Of a DNA stretch of 64,000 bases, positions 29,985 to 38,684 are shown piece by piece. Source of the DNA: Candidatus Obscuribacteraceae bacterium. Its GTDB lineage: Bacteria > Cyanobacteriota > Vampirovibrionia > Obscuribacterales > Obscuribacteraceae. Numbering within the stretch: the stretch's first letter is position 1; each line of letters opens with the position of its first letter. The translations under genes and the position numbers were made by a program. The notes beneath the pieces were generated by a model, which did no database searches, was not told the DNA's origin, and worked only from the letters and a program-made list of their open reading frames with translations. The stretch is from NCBI GenBank assembly GCA_044226015.1, contig JBGAHS010000001.1, forward strand, positions 1,120,001 through 1,184,000, given 5' to 3'.

Positions 29985-30034
29985 GACCGAAGACTGAATT
30001 TTATATTTACAAGCAGATGTAGCTACGCAACTAA

Positions 30035-30691
30035 TCATGCGCGTTCAAGATGCTCGAGAATCTGATCGATTCTGTTTATGCGATCAAAAAAGTATGCATC
30101 TGCAATTGCAGTTGCAAGCTTGTATCCGATGAAAGCAAATAGCAATGGAATACAAACAGTAGCTACGACTCCTACGCCAATTGCCTCTGCTGGGTGCAGA
30201 AAAATGTGCAGCTTGTTAAAGAGCAACCCGAGTATTGACCAGCCGGCTAGAATGCCCACGATGAATGCAATGGTGGAAACATTCAGCCCTGCTCCTTCTC
30301 GCAGGCTCTGGAAGTTACCGTCGTAGAAGTTTCTGCGATTGATGTCCTGGCAGAGCCACGAAAAAGTATTCAAATCTGAATAACTTACGTGCTCTGTTTC
30401 TTGGCGCAGAAAGCAATCATGAATAAGGTCGCTGGTACTCTTCGCCGAGAATGATAGCTTTGATAGTAATGGCATGTTTGTATGTAGAAAGTCTTTGAGG
30501 CGTTGATTGCCGTTGAATTGGTCAATCTCATCATTGCTAATGCAGCCGTTGTGATTCTTATCGATTGATTGAAAGTTCTCAGATATCAGTGAGTATATGT
30601 CCTTGGCGATTTGAATGCCTGGGCGTTCGCGATTGCTAAACACTTCTGGCTCAGCTTCGATTTTTGTTTTTGGTTCCATTTGGAGCAACAT
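30035..30691 (-). CDS. EF-hand-containing membrane protein
   Basis: EF-hand loop DKNHNGCISNDE. Two C-terminal TM helices. Confidence 0.7.
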   Translation of the reverse strand: MLLQMEPKTKIEAEPEVFSNRERPGIQIAKDIYSLISENFQSIDKNHNGCISNDEIDQFNGNQRLKDFLHTNMPLLSKLSFSAKSTSDLIHDCFLRQETEHVSYSDLNTFSWLCQDINRRNFYDGNFQSLREGAGLNVSTIAFIVGILAGWSILGLLFNKLHIFLHPAEAIGVGVVATVCIPLLFAFIGYKLATAIADAYFFDRINRIDQILEHLERA

Positions 30692-30972
30692 AAGTAATCC
30701 TTTCCTCTTCCTGTACAGCAGTTAGACCGAAAGAAGCGCACTCTCTTCCGCATCGTTATGCAATTCACTGCCGATTAATAACCAGTTATATGCGCAAGTC
30801 CGCAAATCTTGCCGCCGCTATTGCGGGAAATCCCACTTTGATCGGTGCTAAAGATGAGGCTGCTTTTCGAAGCAGCTGTAACGCTTGACTCAGCAGGTGA
30901 ATGCATCATGTTGTATGCAAGGTGCGCCTCGTTCTGCGATAATTACCTTGCACAGGCAACCAGGATGATCAA

Positions 30973-31536
30973 ATGAGCAGAGCAAAACACTTCAATGTGC
31001 AATTCATCATTGTCAGTACTATTTGCGCATTTTCAGTAATAAGTAAGCAGGCTTTTGCAGCGACTCCGGAGAAGAAAGATCCACTTCTTATATATAGGAA
31101 TGCTGGAATTAACTCGGAGCAAGAGGCGAAGATCAAACAGATTGTGCAAGAGTATGAAAAGGCTGGCAAGGTGCGTGTTGAACGCCTGCGTAATTTGTCG
31201 AAGCAGATAAAGGATTTGTCTTATGATGCTGAGTTGGATGAGAACAAAATTCTCAACGTTCAATCTGAGATAAACGAGTTGCAAGCGACCGTAAATACAG
31301 AACGCACCAAGCTAATGGTGAAACTGCGCAGCGTGCTTACACCTGAGCAGAAGGAAAAGTTCGTTGACCTTATGCGCGAGGGCGATCCGCAGGCTCCACC
31401 CAAGAAGGCAAAGGTTGAGAGTCCAAAGTCAGCTTCTGATGCTAATTCGCCGGTGGCAGCACCGCCATCGCCCTCGCCCACCCCTTCACCTGCAGCAACT
31501 ACTTCACAGCCAGAGCTAGGCGGACCTGCACCTTAG
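30973..31536 (+). CDS. Spy/CpxP family periplasmic chaperone
   Basis: Signal peptide. INSEQEAKIK and VLTPEQKEKF (LTxxQ) motifs. Confidence 0.85.
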   Translation: MSRAKHFNVQFIIVSTICAFSVISKQAFAATPEKKDPLLIYRNAGINSEQEAKIKQIVQEYEKAGKVRVERLRNLSKQIKDLSYDAELDENKILNVQSEINELQATVNTERTKLMVKLRSVLTPEQKEKFVDLMREGDPQAPPKKAKVESPKSASDANSPVAAPPSPSPTPSPAATTSQPELGGPAP

Positions 31537-31715
31537 TTGTGGACGCCGTCGTAAGGGGTTCTGTGAATTGGAGTAATCTCAATCAGCGTTTACGGTTTGC
31601 TCACGTCATCTGATTTGTCTAACGCATCTGCTTTTTCGGTCGATGTTTTCTTATCAATCGGATCTGCAGAGAATAATTTGAATCTTTCAAAGACAAGATT
31701 TTCGATTTGCGACTT

Positions 31716-32342
31716 TTACGCCCGTAAGGCCATGTAATGCATCGTAGCAAAGTTATTGCTGTAATCAATTCTGCTAATCGAACCTGTAGGAATCGAAACC
31801 CGCCAGAAATTGTCGATTGGCATTCCGAGGGCTTTCACTATGGCAGTGCGAATAACGCCAGCGTGTGTGACAAGAAAGAGTTTTTTGCCCTGGTGTTCTG
31901 TAATCACCTTGTGCAAATCTATGTCCACCCGTTCCGCAAGTTCTTCTATTGATTCGCCACCCGGAGCCGCATTGCGAACCGGGTCAGCGCACCATTTCTT
32001 GTACATATCTGGATGCTCTTTTTTGATCTCTAGATAGGTGCGACCTTCCCATTCGCCTACATTTTGTTCGTTGAGCTCAGGCAAAACTTGCGTTTCTAGA
32101 CCGAGTTCTTTGCCGATTATCTCTGCTGTGCTTCGTACTCGCACAGCCGCGCTGGATAGCAGAATCGCAGGCGATTCTTTCTTCAACCACTGAGCCGCTT
32201 CCGCCGCCTGTTTCTCTCCTCTTTCACTCAGTGTCGCGTTCATGTCGCAATAGAGCTTGCCTTGCTCTGTCTGTTGCGTATGTCCATGTCTGACAAAGAT
32301 AACGCTTGTAATGAGTTCTTCTGGGTGCAGTGTTTCAGCCAA
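31716..32342 (-). CDS. Histidine phosphatase family protein (CobC/GpmB-like)
   Basis: VRHG, GEWEG, PGGES and VTHAG motifs. Probable TTG start at 32342. Confidence 0.9.
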   Translation of the reverse strand: MAETLHPEELITSVIFVRHGHTQQTEQGKLYCDMNATLSERGEKQAAEAAQWLKKESPAILLSSAAVRVRSTAEIIGKELGLETQVLPELNEQNVGEWEGRTYLEIKKEHPDMYKKWCADPVRNAAPGGESIEELAERVDIDLHKVITEHQGKKLFLVTHAGVIRTAIVKALGMPIDNFWRVSIPTGSISRIDYSNNFATMHYMALRA

Positions 32343-32356
32343 CGCAGTTCTTCCTA

Positions 32357-33070
32357 TTACATGCCGACTCTGACGGGGCGAGTTAATCCATAAACCGAGC
32401 GAATTGCCAAAAGCTTTTGTACTTGTTCTTGTCCGAGTACCTGCTCGCCGCCTAGAAGATTCGCAACCAACAGCGTTTGCGCATAATGTTCGACTGTTTC
32501 CATTTTGTAGAATGCATCCCAAATGTCTTTGCCGAGAGTGATAGCACCATGGTGGTCTAGCATAATTGCGTCATAGTCATTCAAGAATGGAGCAATGCTG
32601 TTTGGAACTTCATCAGTGCTTGGTGTCGCATATGGTGCTGTTGGAATTGAGCCGAGAGTGCATAGAACCTCTGGCAATGTATTAGAAGTAAGCGACTTGC
32701 CCGCTACTGTGAAGCCGACAGCCGTACAGGGATGCGCATGAACGATGGCGTTGATGTCAGGTCGCGTTTTGTACGCAATCAGGTGCATCGCAAGTTCTGT
32801 CGAAAGCTTGTTACCCTGGCTTTGATAAATTGAGGGCATGAGGTTGCCGTCAAGGTCACACAGCAAAATTTCACTGGCTTTGATTCTTCCTTTGCAGGTG
32901 CCGCTTGCCGTCGAAATCACGAGTCCACTTGAAAGACGAATACTGAGGTTGCCTTCAGTTCCGCAAGTATAGTTCCGCTGATACACAAGGCGACACACTT
33001 CGATGAGTTCTTGCCGCAAGGCCAATTCTTCCGGTTGAGAAAGCAATTCCACCGCGCTCCTGTTTGACAT
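32357..33070 (-). CDS. Class II aldolase/adducin family protein
   Basis: EGNLSIR, STELAMH, VHAHP and DHHG zinc-ligand motifs. Probable ATG at 33070. Confidence 0.9.
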   Translation of the reverse strand: MSNRSAVELLSQPEELALRQELIEVCRLVYQRNYTCGTEGNLSIRLSSGLVISTASGTCKGRIKASEILLCDLDGNLMPSIYQSQGNKLSTELAMHLIAYKTRPDINAIVHAHPCTAVGFTVAGKSLTSNTLPEVLCTLGSIPTAPYATPSTDEVPNSIAPFLNDYDAIMLDHHGAITLGKDIWDAFYKMETVEHYAQTLLVANLLGGEQVLGQEQVQKLLAIRSVYGLTRPVRVGM

Positions 33071-33329
33071 GCTAATCCATTCTATCGGCAGAATTCGGTG
33101 GGGTATAGCTTTTCTGCTTGTGTGGCTTAATATTCCAGCGCTGGCTTCCAAAATGTTTGCAAACTCTTTGCTGTCAAGGAGCGCCGAAGTTAGCATTATT
33201 TCGTCCATATGGGTATACTTAAAAATGCGTAATCCAAAAAGTCTCGCGAAATGACGTAAATATGTAGGTTCAGAGATTTTTGACCGTTCTGAAAATTGGT
33301 TCGTTGTCAGTGGGTGAAGAGTAGGCGCA

Positions 33330-35516
33330 ATGCGCTGTCCGGAATGCCAAAAGCGAAATTCGGTTGCTGCATGGAAATGCAAATTTTGCGGCGCCAAATT
33401 CAAGCGTAAGACCATGTCTATGGGCAAGCGCGCTGTATTGTTTGCCGCGGGATTGCTTTTGGGCGGTGGCATCTATCTGGCGTTTGCGTTGCCGAAAATG
33501 GTTGACCCTGCCGAGCAGTTGATGTCGACAGCGAAGAAGGTTGCCAGCGGTCCGACATCACCGGAAGACGCAAAGAAATCAAAAGCAGATTTCGATGAAG
33601 CTGTTAGGAAGCTGCTCGTTAAATATGGCGACAGCAGTTTGACTGCACTCTCAGCGAGACTGAAGGGGTGTCTTCCGCCTAATGGACCTTTCGAAGTCAT
33701 GGTTGTTGAGCTGCCGAAAGCGCTGAAACTTGTTGAAGTAGACACAGTGCTGCAGGCGACAGATTTCCTTGTGATGAAGGGAACTAACGATACTCGAGTA
33801 ATTCCTCTACAAGGCTTTGAGGTCTATGACGACGCGCGCATAGTCAACGATCAAACAGGTTCGGTGATTGTGCTCTTGGGTCATAGCAGTGGACAATTGC
33901 CGCATCGACCGATCGTGAAGACTTATGCGCTTCTTCCCGACAATGTTGAAGACGACACATCATCCATGGTGCCATCAATTCTTGGTGATGGAACCGCGAA
34001 ATTTGGAAAAGACAGCACGGACATTTTCGTTGAACTATCTCTTCCGTCTATTGCTCTGGCAGAGAGAATAACGATTAACACCCAGCTTCCGCCTGAGCGA
34101 TTGGCGAAAATTAAATTGCAATGGAAAGATGCGAAGTATATTCCAACGATGGATTTTCCTTCAGATTTGCCATCTGCAATGGTGCTTCTTGCGCGCTCTC
34201 TGAAATATCCAGAGTTCGCTGGCTCAGTTACAGCTGCCTTTGGGGCTGAGGCTGGAAAGCTTATGAAAGAGCATTCGTCTAATGATTTTCAGGACATGGT
34301 GATTACCAAAAATCCTGACAAAAAGAAAACGAGTTCTTATACGATTGCATCCGGAACCAAGCGAATTGATCTTGAGTTGAAAAAGGCAGGAAATTACTGG
34401 CAGGTTGATTCATACAAGGTTAGTGTGCAGGCGGCACCAATTGCGGTGGCAACATCAACTAGCACGAGTACGAGCACTCCGGCGAACACAGGTGCCGACA
34501 CTACGGCAAGCAGCAGCAGCACTAGTTCTCAGAGTACATCGTCTTCTGGTTCTGTTAGCACTGTTGCTTCGTCTAGTTCCGAATCAAAGAGTGCTACTGT
34601 AGTTAGCACTCCAGACCCCAACGCCAAGCCTGCTGAAAACAAAAGCAATGCTGACCCAAGGCAAAAGAGTGGTCAGGAAATTCTTGCAGGACTCAGTCCC
34701 GCTAAAGCTGGGGCCAACGCCGCAGACCCAGGTAAAAATGGCAAGGCTGCTAGTTCCAGCTGGCTAGATGACCCCGCCGAGAAGACACCAGTGGCGGTGC
34801 TACCATCAAATAGCAAGAATGATAAGAAAGCTGCTGAAGAAAAAGCAGCACGTGAAAAAGCTGAAAAGGAAAAGCAAGAACGCGAGAAAGCTGACAAGAA
34901 GCAAAAGGAAAAGGCTGAGCGAGAGAAGGCTGAGAAAGAAAAAGCGGATAGAGAAAAAGCCGACAGAGAAAAAGCCGAACGGGAGAAAGCCCAGCAGGAA
35001 AAGGTTGAGTCTGTTTCCGTGTCATCTGCAAAAATTTCCGACACCCTTGGTACTGAGTCTGTGCGCATGAGGTCGGGTCCCGGCTTGGGCATGAAGACTC
35101 TTGATGAGATACCAAAGGGCAGGCAAATCCAGATTTTAGGCAAGACGCAGGGCTGGTATAAGGTCAGCTATGGCGGAAAAGTTGGCTACGTATATGCTCC
35201 GCTGGTTGACACTAGCGGCAAGTCAAGTGCTGCGCCTCCGAGCGAACCAAAAGTAACCAGGAACACAACAGCTCCTAACACCGCTGTGCCGGCTGATAGT
35301 GGAGGTAGTGGCTCGGTTGTCGTGCGCCCGATGAATGTTCGTGACGAAAACCGACGAGTATTAACAACAGTACAGCCAGGACAGCGTGTTCAGGTGATTG
35401 GCGGGTTAGTCAACAACCGTTACAAGATTCGCTTGCAGGACGGAACCGTAGGCTACGTCAACAAAGAGGCGATCAGAAATGCCAAAGTTGAAAGCCCTCC
35501 TGAGTTCGTGCCCTAG
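33330..35516 (+). CDS. Membrane-anchored protein with N-terminal zinc ribbon and two C-terminal SH3b domains
   Basis: CPEC...CKFC, one TM helix, Ser/Thr and EK-rich linker, VRMRSGPG...GWYKVSYGGKVGYV. Confidence 0.85.
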   Translation: MRCPECQKRNSVAAWKCKFCGAKFKRKTMSMGKRAVLFAAGLLLGGGIYLAFALPKMVDPAEQLMSTAKKVASGPTSPEDAKKSKADFDEAVRKLLVKYGDSSLTALSARLKGCLPPNGPFEVMVVELPKALKLVEVDTVLQATDFLVMKGTNDTRVIPLQGFEVYDDARIVNDQTGSVIVLLGHSSGQLPHRPIVKTYALLPDNVEDDTSSMVPSILGDGTAKFGKDSTDIFVELSLPSIALAERITINTQLPPERLAKIKLQWKDAKYIPTMDFPSDLPSAMVLLARSLKYPEFAGSVTAAFGAEAGKLMKEHSSNDFQDMVITKNPDKKKTSSYTIASGTKRIDLELKKAGNYWQVDSYKVSVQAAPIAVATSTSTSTSTPANTGADTTASSSSTSSQSTSSSGSVSTVASSSSESKSATVVSTPDPNAKPAENKSNADPRQKSGQEILAGLSPAKAGANAADPGKNGKAASSSWLDDPAEKTPVAVLPSNSKNDKKAAEEKAAREKAEKEKQEREKADKKQKEKAEREKAEKEKADREKADREKAEREKAQQEKVESVSVSSAKISDTLGTESVRMRSGPGLGMKTLDEIPKGRQIQILGKTQGWYKVSYGGKVGYVYAPLVDTSGKSSAAPPSEPKVTRNTTAPNTAVPADSGGSGSVVVRPMNVRDENRRVLTTVQPGQRVQVIGGLVNNRYKIRLQDGTVGYVNKEAIRNAKVESPPEFVP

Positions 35517-35576
35517 CGAGCAACCAAACTCCGTGTTATATTAGTTTTCCGCCTTGTGGTCTTGACCACGGCATCT

Positions 35577-35650
35577 CGGGACGTAGCGCAGCTTGGTAGC
35601 GCGGTTGCTTTGGGAGCAATAGGTCGCAGGTTCAAATCCTGTCGTCCCGA
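35577..35650 (+). tRNA. tRNA-Pro (TGG), CCA not encoded
   Basis: Acceptor stem CGGGACG/CGTCCCG. D arm GCGC-AGCTTGGTA-GCGC. Anticodon loop TTTGGGA. T arm GCAGG-TTCAAAT-CCTGT. Confidence 0.97.
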
Positions 35651-35755
35651 TTCAAAAACCAGACGTAGTGCGGAAGTTGGAGCACAGATATTAGATGAAA
35701 TTGGTTTTTATATCAAGACCTTATTCAACACAAATATCTGATATAAACTGGAGGC

Positions 35756-36034
35756 ATGTTATACGTGATTGATAATGCTGCAAGGAAATCTATTCCTGGG
35801 CGAGATGCCAATCTGCCTCCGTATATTGTGCAGAGAATGAAGGCGTTGGAAGTGAAACCGACGCTGTCTCAGCTTGCGCTTATGACAGGCATAAAAATTA
35901 TGACATTGCAGACCAACCTCGCTGGCGCAACAGCGATGAAGTTGCCAAATGCTTATAAGCTTGCCAAATCCTTGGATATATCGTTGAGTGAACTTGTCGA
36001 GAATGTTCCGTTCCTAGCCGAAGACCAAGAGTAA
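35756..36034 (+). CDS. Cro/CI-type HTH regulator
   Basis: TLSQLALMTGI...NAYKLAKSLDISLSEL. GGAGG RBS. Confidence 0.8.
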   Translation: MLYVIDNAARKSIPGRDANLPPYIVQRMKALEVKPTLSQLALMTGIKIMTLQTNLAGATAMKLPNAYKLAKSLDISLSELVENVPFLAEDQE

Positions 36035-36045
36035 GGAATCAATTT

Positions 36046-36381
36046 TTGAAGTGGCTGGCCAGCTTTAGTTGCTTGATAGTCTGGGGCTTGGCAGCAATAA
36101 CCAATAAAAGAGCAGTGACACTGCTCAAGTCCTTTGAGGACGGTTTCCCACCTGATGTCCTTGAAGGACCTTTCGGACAACAGTTTGTCTCGATGGGAAA
36201 CGCTAAGTGTTTATATGATAACTATGTCTCTGATAATCCTTCACCGAATGCAGAGCAAAAAAAGATCATTGCTTTGTATCAGAGATTTCTCCTTTTACAA
36301 AGAGTTCTTTGGTTTCGAGCTTTGTTCGAATGTTCCAAATGGGTCATCAGTTGTTGGGTTATAGCCATTTTGTTGATGTAA
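36046..36381 (+). CDS. Hypothetical membrane protein
   Basis: TTG start after AAGGA. Hydrophobic ends. Confidence 0.4.
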   Translation: MKWLASFSCLIVWGLAAITNKRAVTLLKSFEDGFPPDVLEGPFGQQFVSMGNAKCLYDNYVSDNPSPNAEQKKIIALYQRFLLLQRVLWFRALFECSKWVISCWVIAILLM

Positions 36382-36567
36382 GGTTTTCAAGAGTTGCGCT
36401 AAATTACAATTTCTTGTAAATTATCCTTCGTCGGAAGATTAAAAACCGGCAGCAATTAATATTCACTGCATTTTGCGGTGAAGAAAATAGCAAAAAGTAA
36501 GCAAGGGCTCTCGTGTGAGCACCGGCAGTAGTATCACGTTCGTTATTTTATAACTAGAAATGTAGAG

Positions 36568-36798
36568 GTGCTTGTGTCAGACAAGCCTGTTTTGTCGCGT
36601 GCTTTTGCTGAACTTTGGTTGTGTGAAGAACACAAAGATACGAAATTTCCTAATCAAATCACTGTTCGTGCTCTAACTGATTATGAGTTGGAGCAGTACC
36701 GCTCATGCAAGCTGACAGGACCAAGAGGGTCGGCGGTTATGTGTGAAAATAGAGCCAGTCACTGGGCCGTTGTGCCTATCGAAATAACCCTAGCTTAG
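36568..36798 (+). CDS. Small phage hypothetical protein
   Basis: ORF in the orientation of the early operon. Confidence 0.5.
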   Translation: MLVSDKPVLSRAFAELWLCEEHKDTKFPNQITVRALTDYELEQYRSCKLTGPRGSAVMCENRASHWAVVPIEITLA

Positions 36799-36870
36799 GG
36801 ATGCTTGCGAGAAGGAGATCGATTCGTCTCCGGTCTCTTTCTCGCAGGTATCACTTGTGCTGGAGGAACA

Positions 36871-37113
36871 ATGGACAACGGTGGCTTGATTTTCGGTCAA
36901 GGTCGAAACATTACAGATAATTGGAGCCTTCTTTCAAAGAAAGAGAATTCGCGCTTCGTACTGTTCTACGTACCAGGCTGGCGCGATGACTTTATTTCAA
37001 AGTTCGCTCTAAAAGATCTGCGAGATTTCGCATCTGCAATCGATAAAGCCATCAAGCATCTTGAGCGGGTTGAACAGTCTTTTGAAACTAGAGATGGAGC
37101 ACATCATGGATGA
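36871..37113 (+). CDS. Small phage hypothetical protein
   Basis: GGAGGA RBS before ATG at 36871. Confidence 0.55.
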   Translation: MDNGGLIFGQGRNITDNWSLLSKKENSRFVLFYVPGWRDDFISKFALKDLRDFASAIDKAIKHLERVEQSFETRDGAHHG

Positions 37114-37179
37114 GGGTGCGACCTGGGTTGGATTTTTCGTTGCTGCATTCTGGCTCGCAGCAGCTTATGAGGAATTGAA

Positions 37180-37389
37180 ATGCAAATTCGACAGACACTC
37201 AGCGACAAAGCTTGGAGAGAAAACTGGAGAAGAAATAACAGATCGGCTCTGAGAGCTAAGTACGAGACTGATCCTGTTGAAGCCGAAGCTTGGGACGCTG
37301 TGAGATTCGCTCTGCGCACCGCATTTGGTGACGAGCAATTAGAAACTATACCTCTGGTGGCTTACCAGGGGACTAGCAAACTTGATTAA
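37180..37389 (+). CDS. Small phage hypothetical protein
   Basis: GAGGA RBS. Ends just before the next RBS. Confidence 0.5.
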   Translation: MQIRQTLSDKAWRENWRRNNRSALRAKYETDPVEAEAWDAVRFALRTAFGDEQLETIPLVAYQGTSKLD

Positions 37390-37398
37390 GGAGTAAAA

Positions 37399-38649
37399 AT
37401 GGAAACATCACCACAATTACCAGCGGTAATTCCGCAAACGGGCGCGGTTTTAGCACTGCCTGACACAGTCGCATTCATGCCGGTTTTGTCGCCGGTGGAG
37501 ATGCTGGCACGCAGGAAAGAACTAATTGAGGTAGTAAAAAACATCCTCAAAGATGGCGAACACTTTGGAAAAACGCCCGGAACAAACAAGCCCTCGCTAT
37601 TCAAGCCAGGTGCTGAAATTCTCAATCAATATTTTGGGCTTTATGCTGAGTTCGAAGTCACTAGCCGTGTTGAAAAATGGGAACCAAAACCAGAGCTATT
37701 TGATTACGAGTTCAAATGCACCATCCGATCAAAACGTGATCAAGTGAAGGTCTCAGAAGGTGTCGGAAGCTGCAACAGCTATGAGTCTAGATACAGATAT
37801 AGAGACGCAAAGCGCAGCTGTCCTGGTTGCGGAAGAGTTGGAACCATTATCAAAGGTAAGGAGGAATTTGGCGGCGGGTGGGTCTGCTGGGCGAAGGATC
37901 AAACTAATTGCTGCAAGGCTAAATTCAAAGACAATGATCCTTCCATTGTGGGACAGGCTCTAGGAAAAGTCGACAATGAAGATATCGCTTCTTTGAAGAA
38001 TACAATCCTGAAGATGGCCGCCAAGCGCGCATACGTTGATGCCACGTTGAAAGCTACTGGTGCATCCGAAATCTTCACTCAGGACACAGAGGACTTGCCC
38101 TTTCAAGTTGAAATAATCACTGCAGAAGTCGTTGAAGTCGCTGCACAAAAGCAAAATGAGCAACGTGAGGCGGCTCGGGGAGCCAAATCTGAACCACAAC
38201 AAGATTTCTCTCCCACTGCTGATCGTATTCCAAGTCAGCAGGAAGTAGCTGAAAAAAAGTCGGAATCTGTGACCAATGCAAGCCAAGGCAAGGAACAAGG
38301 CACCGCTGCATCTCCTGCCAAGCAAAATGCGCCTGCCAGTACTGCTACTCAAGCGCCGGCCCAGAACAAACCGGGCAGCACTGGTGGAGCTAACAAAGTC
38401 ACAAGAGAAGAAATGGGAAAACTGCTTGCTGCTGGCGAGAAGAACGGCTGGAAGCAAATAGATATTTCAAATTTCGTTTGCTTCGCATTCAAGATGGATC
38501 CAAAAACAATCGCTCAAAAATTCACCCAGGAGCAATACAAGATCGCCCTTGGTCTTTTGTCGCACGAAAAGAACGCGAACGGCAGAGTCCTTGTAAATGC
38601 AAAGGGCGCTTCGTTGCCCTTAGAGCACCAATGGCCGCCTAAGCAATAA
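37399..38649 (+). CDS. Conserved phage protein, putative single-strand annealing/recombination protein
   Basis: PGTNKPSLFKPGAE, GVGSCNSYESRY and NTILKMAAKRAYVDA...IFTQD motifs. Zn-finger-like insert. Position near Gam-like and SSB genes. Function is inferred. Confidence 0.65.
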   Translation: METSPQLPAVIPQTGAVLALPDTVAFMPVLSPVEMLARRKELIEVVKNILKDGEHFGKTPGTNKPSLFKPGAEILNQYFGLYAEFEVTSRVEKWEPKPELFDYEFKCTIRSKRDQVKVSEGVGSCNSYESRYRYRDAKRSCPGCGRVGTIIKGKEEFGGGWVCWAKDQTNCCKAKFKDNDPSIVGQALGKVDNEDIASLKNTILKMAAKRAYVDATLKATGASEIFTQDTEDLPFQVEIITAEVVEVAAQKQNEQREAARGAKSEPQQDFSPTADRIPSQQEVAEKKSESVTNASQGKEQGTAASPAKQNAPASTATQAPAQNKPGSTGGANKVTREEMGKLLAAGEKNGWKQIDISNFVCFAFKMDPKTIAQKFTQEQYKIALGLLSHEKNANGRVLVNAKGASLPLEHQWPPKQ

Positions 38650-38684
38650 CTTGAAATCACAATTTTGAAACTAGAGGACGATAA

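Noticed and set aside
33071..33472. Long N-terminal extension of the aldolase ORF
   Set aside because: It overlaps the divergent gene at 33330 and the promoter region. Family similarity starts near ATG 33070.
34830..35003. EKA(E/D)R repeats in the SH3 protein
   Set aside because: Ordinary charged helical linker with degenerate codons.
35556..35741. 61-aa ORF
   Set aside because: It is a translation of the tRNA-Pro gene.
35685..35745. CAGATATT/AATATCTG inverted repeat as repressor operator
   Set aside because: Short, AT-rich and widely spaced, so it cannot be separated from chance.
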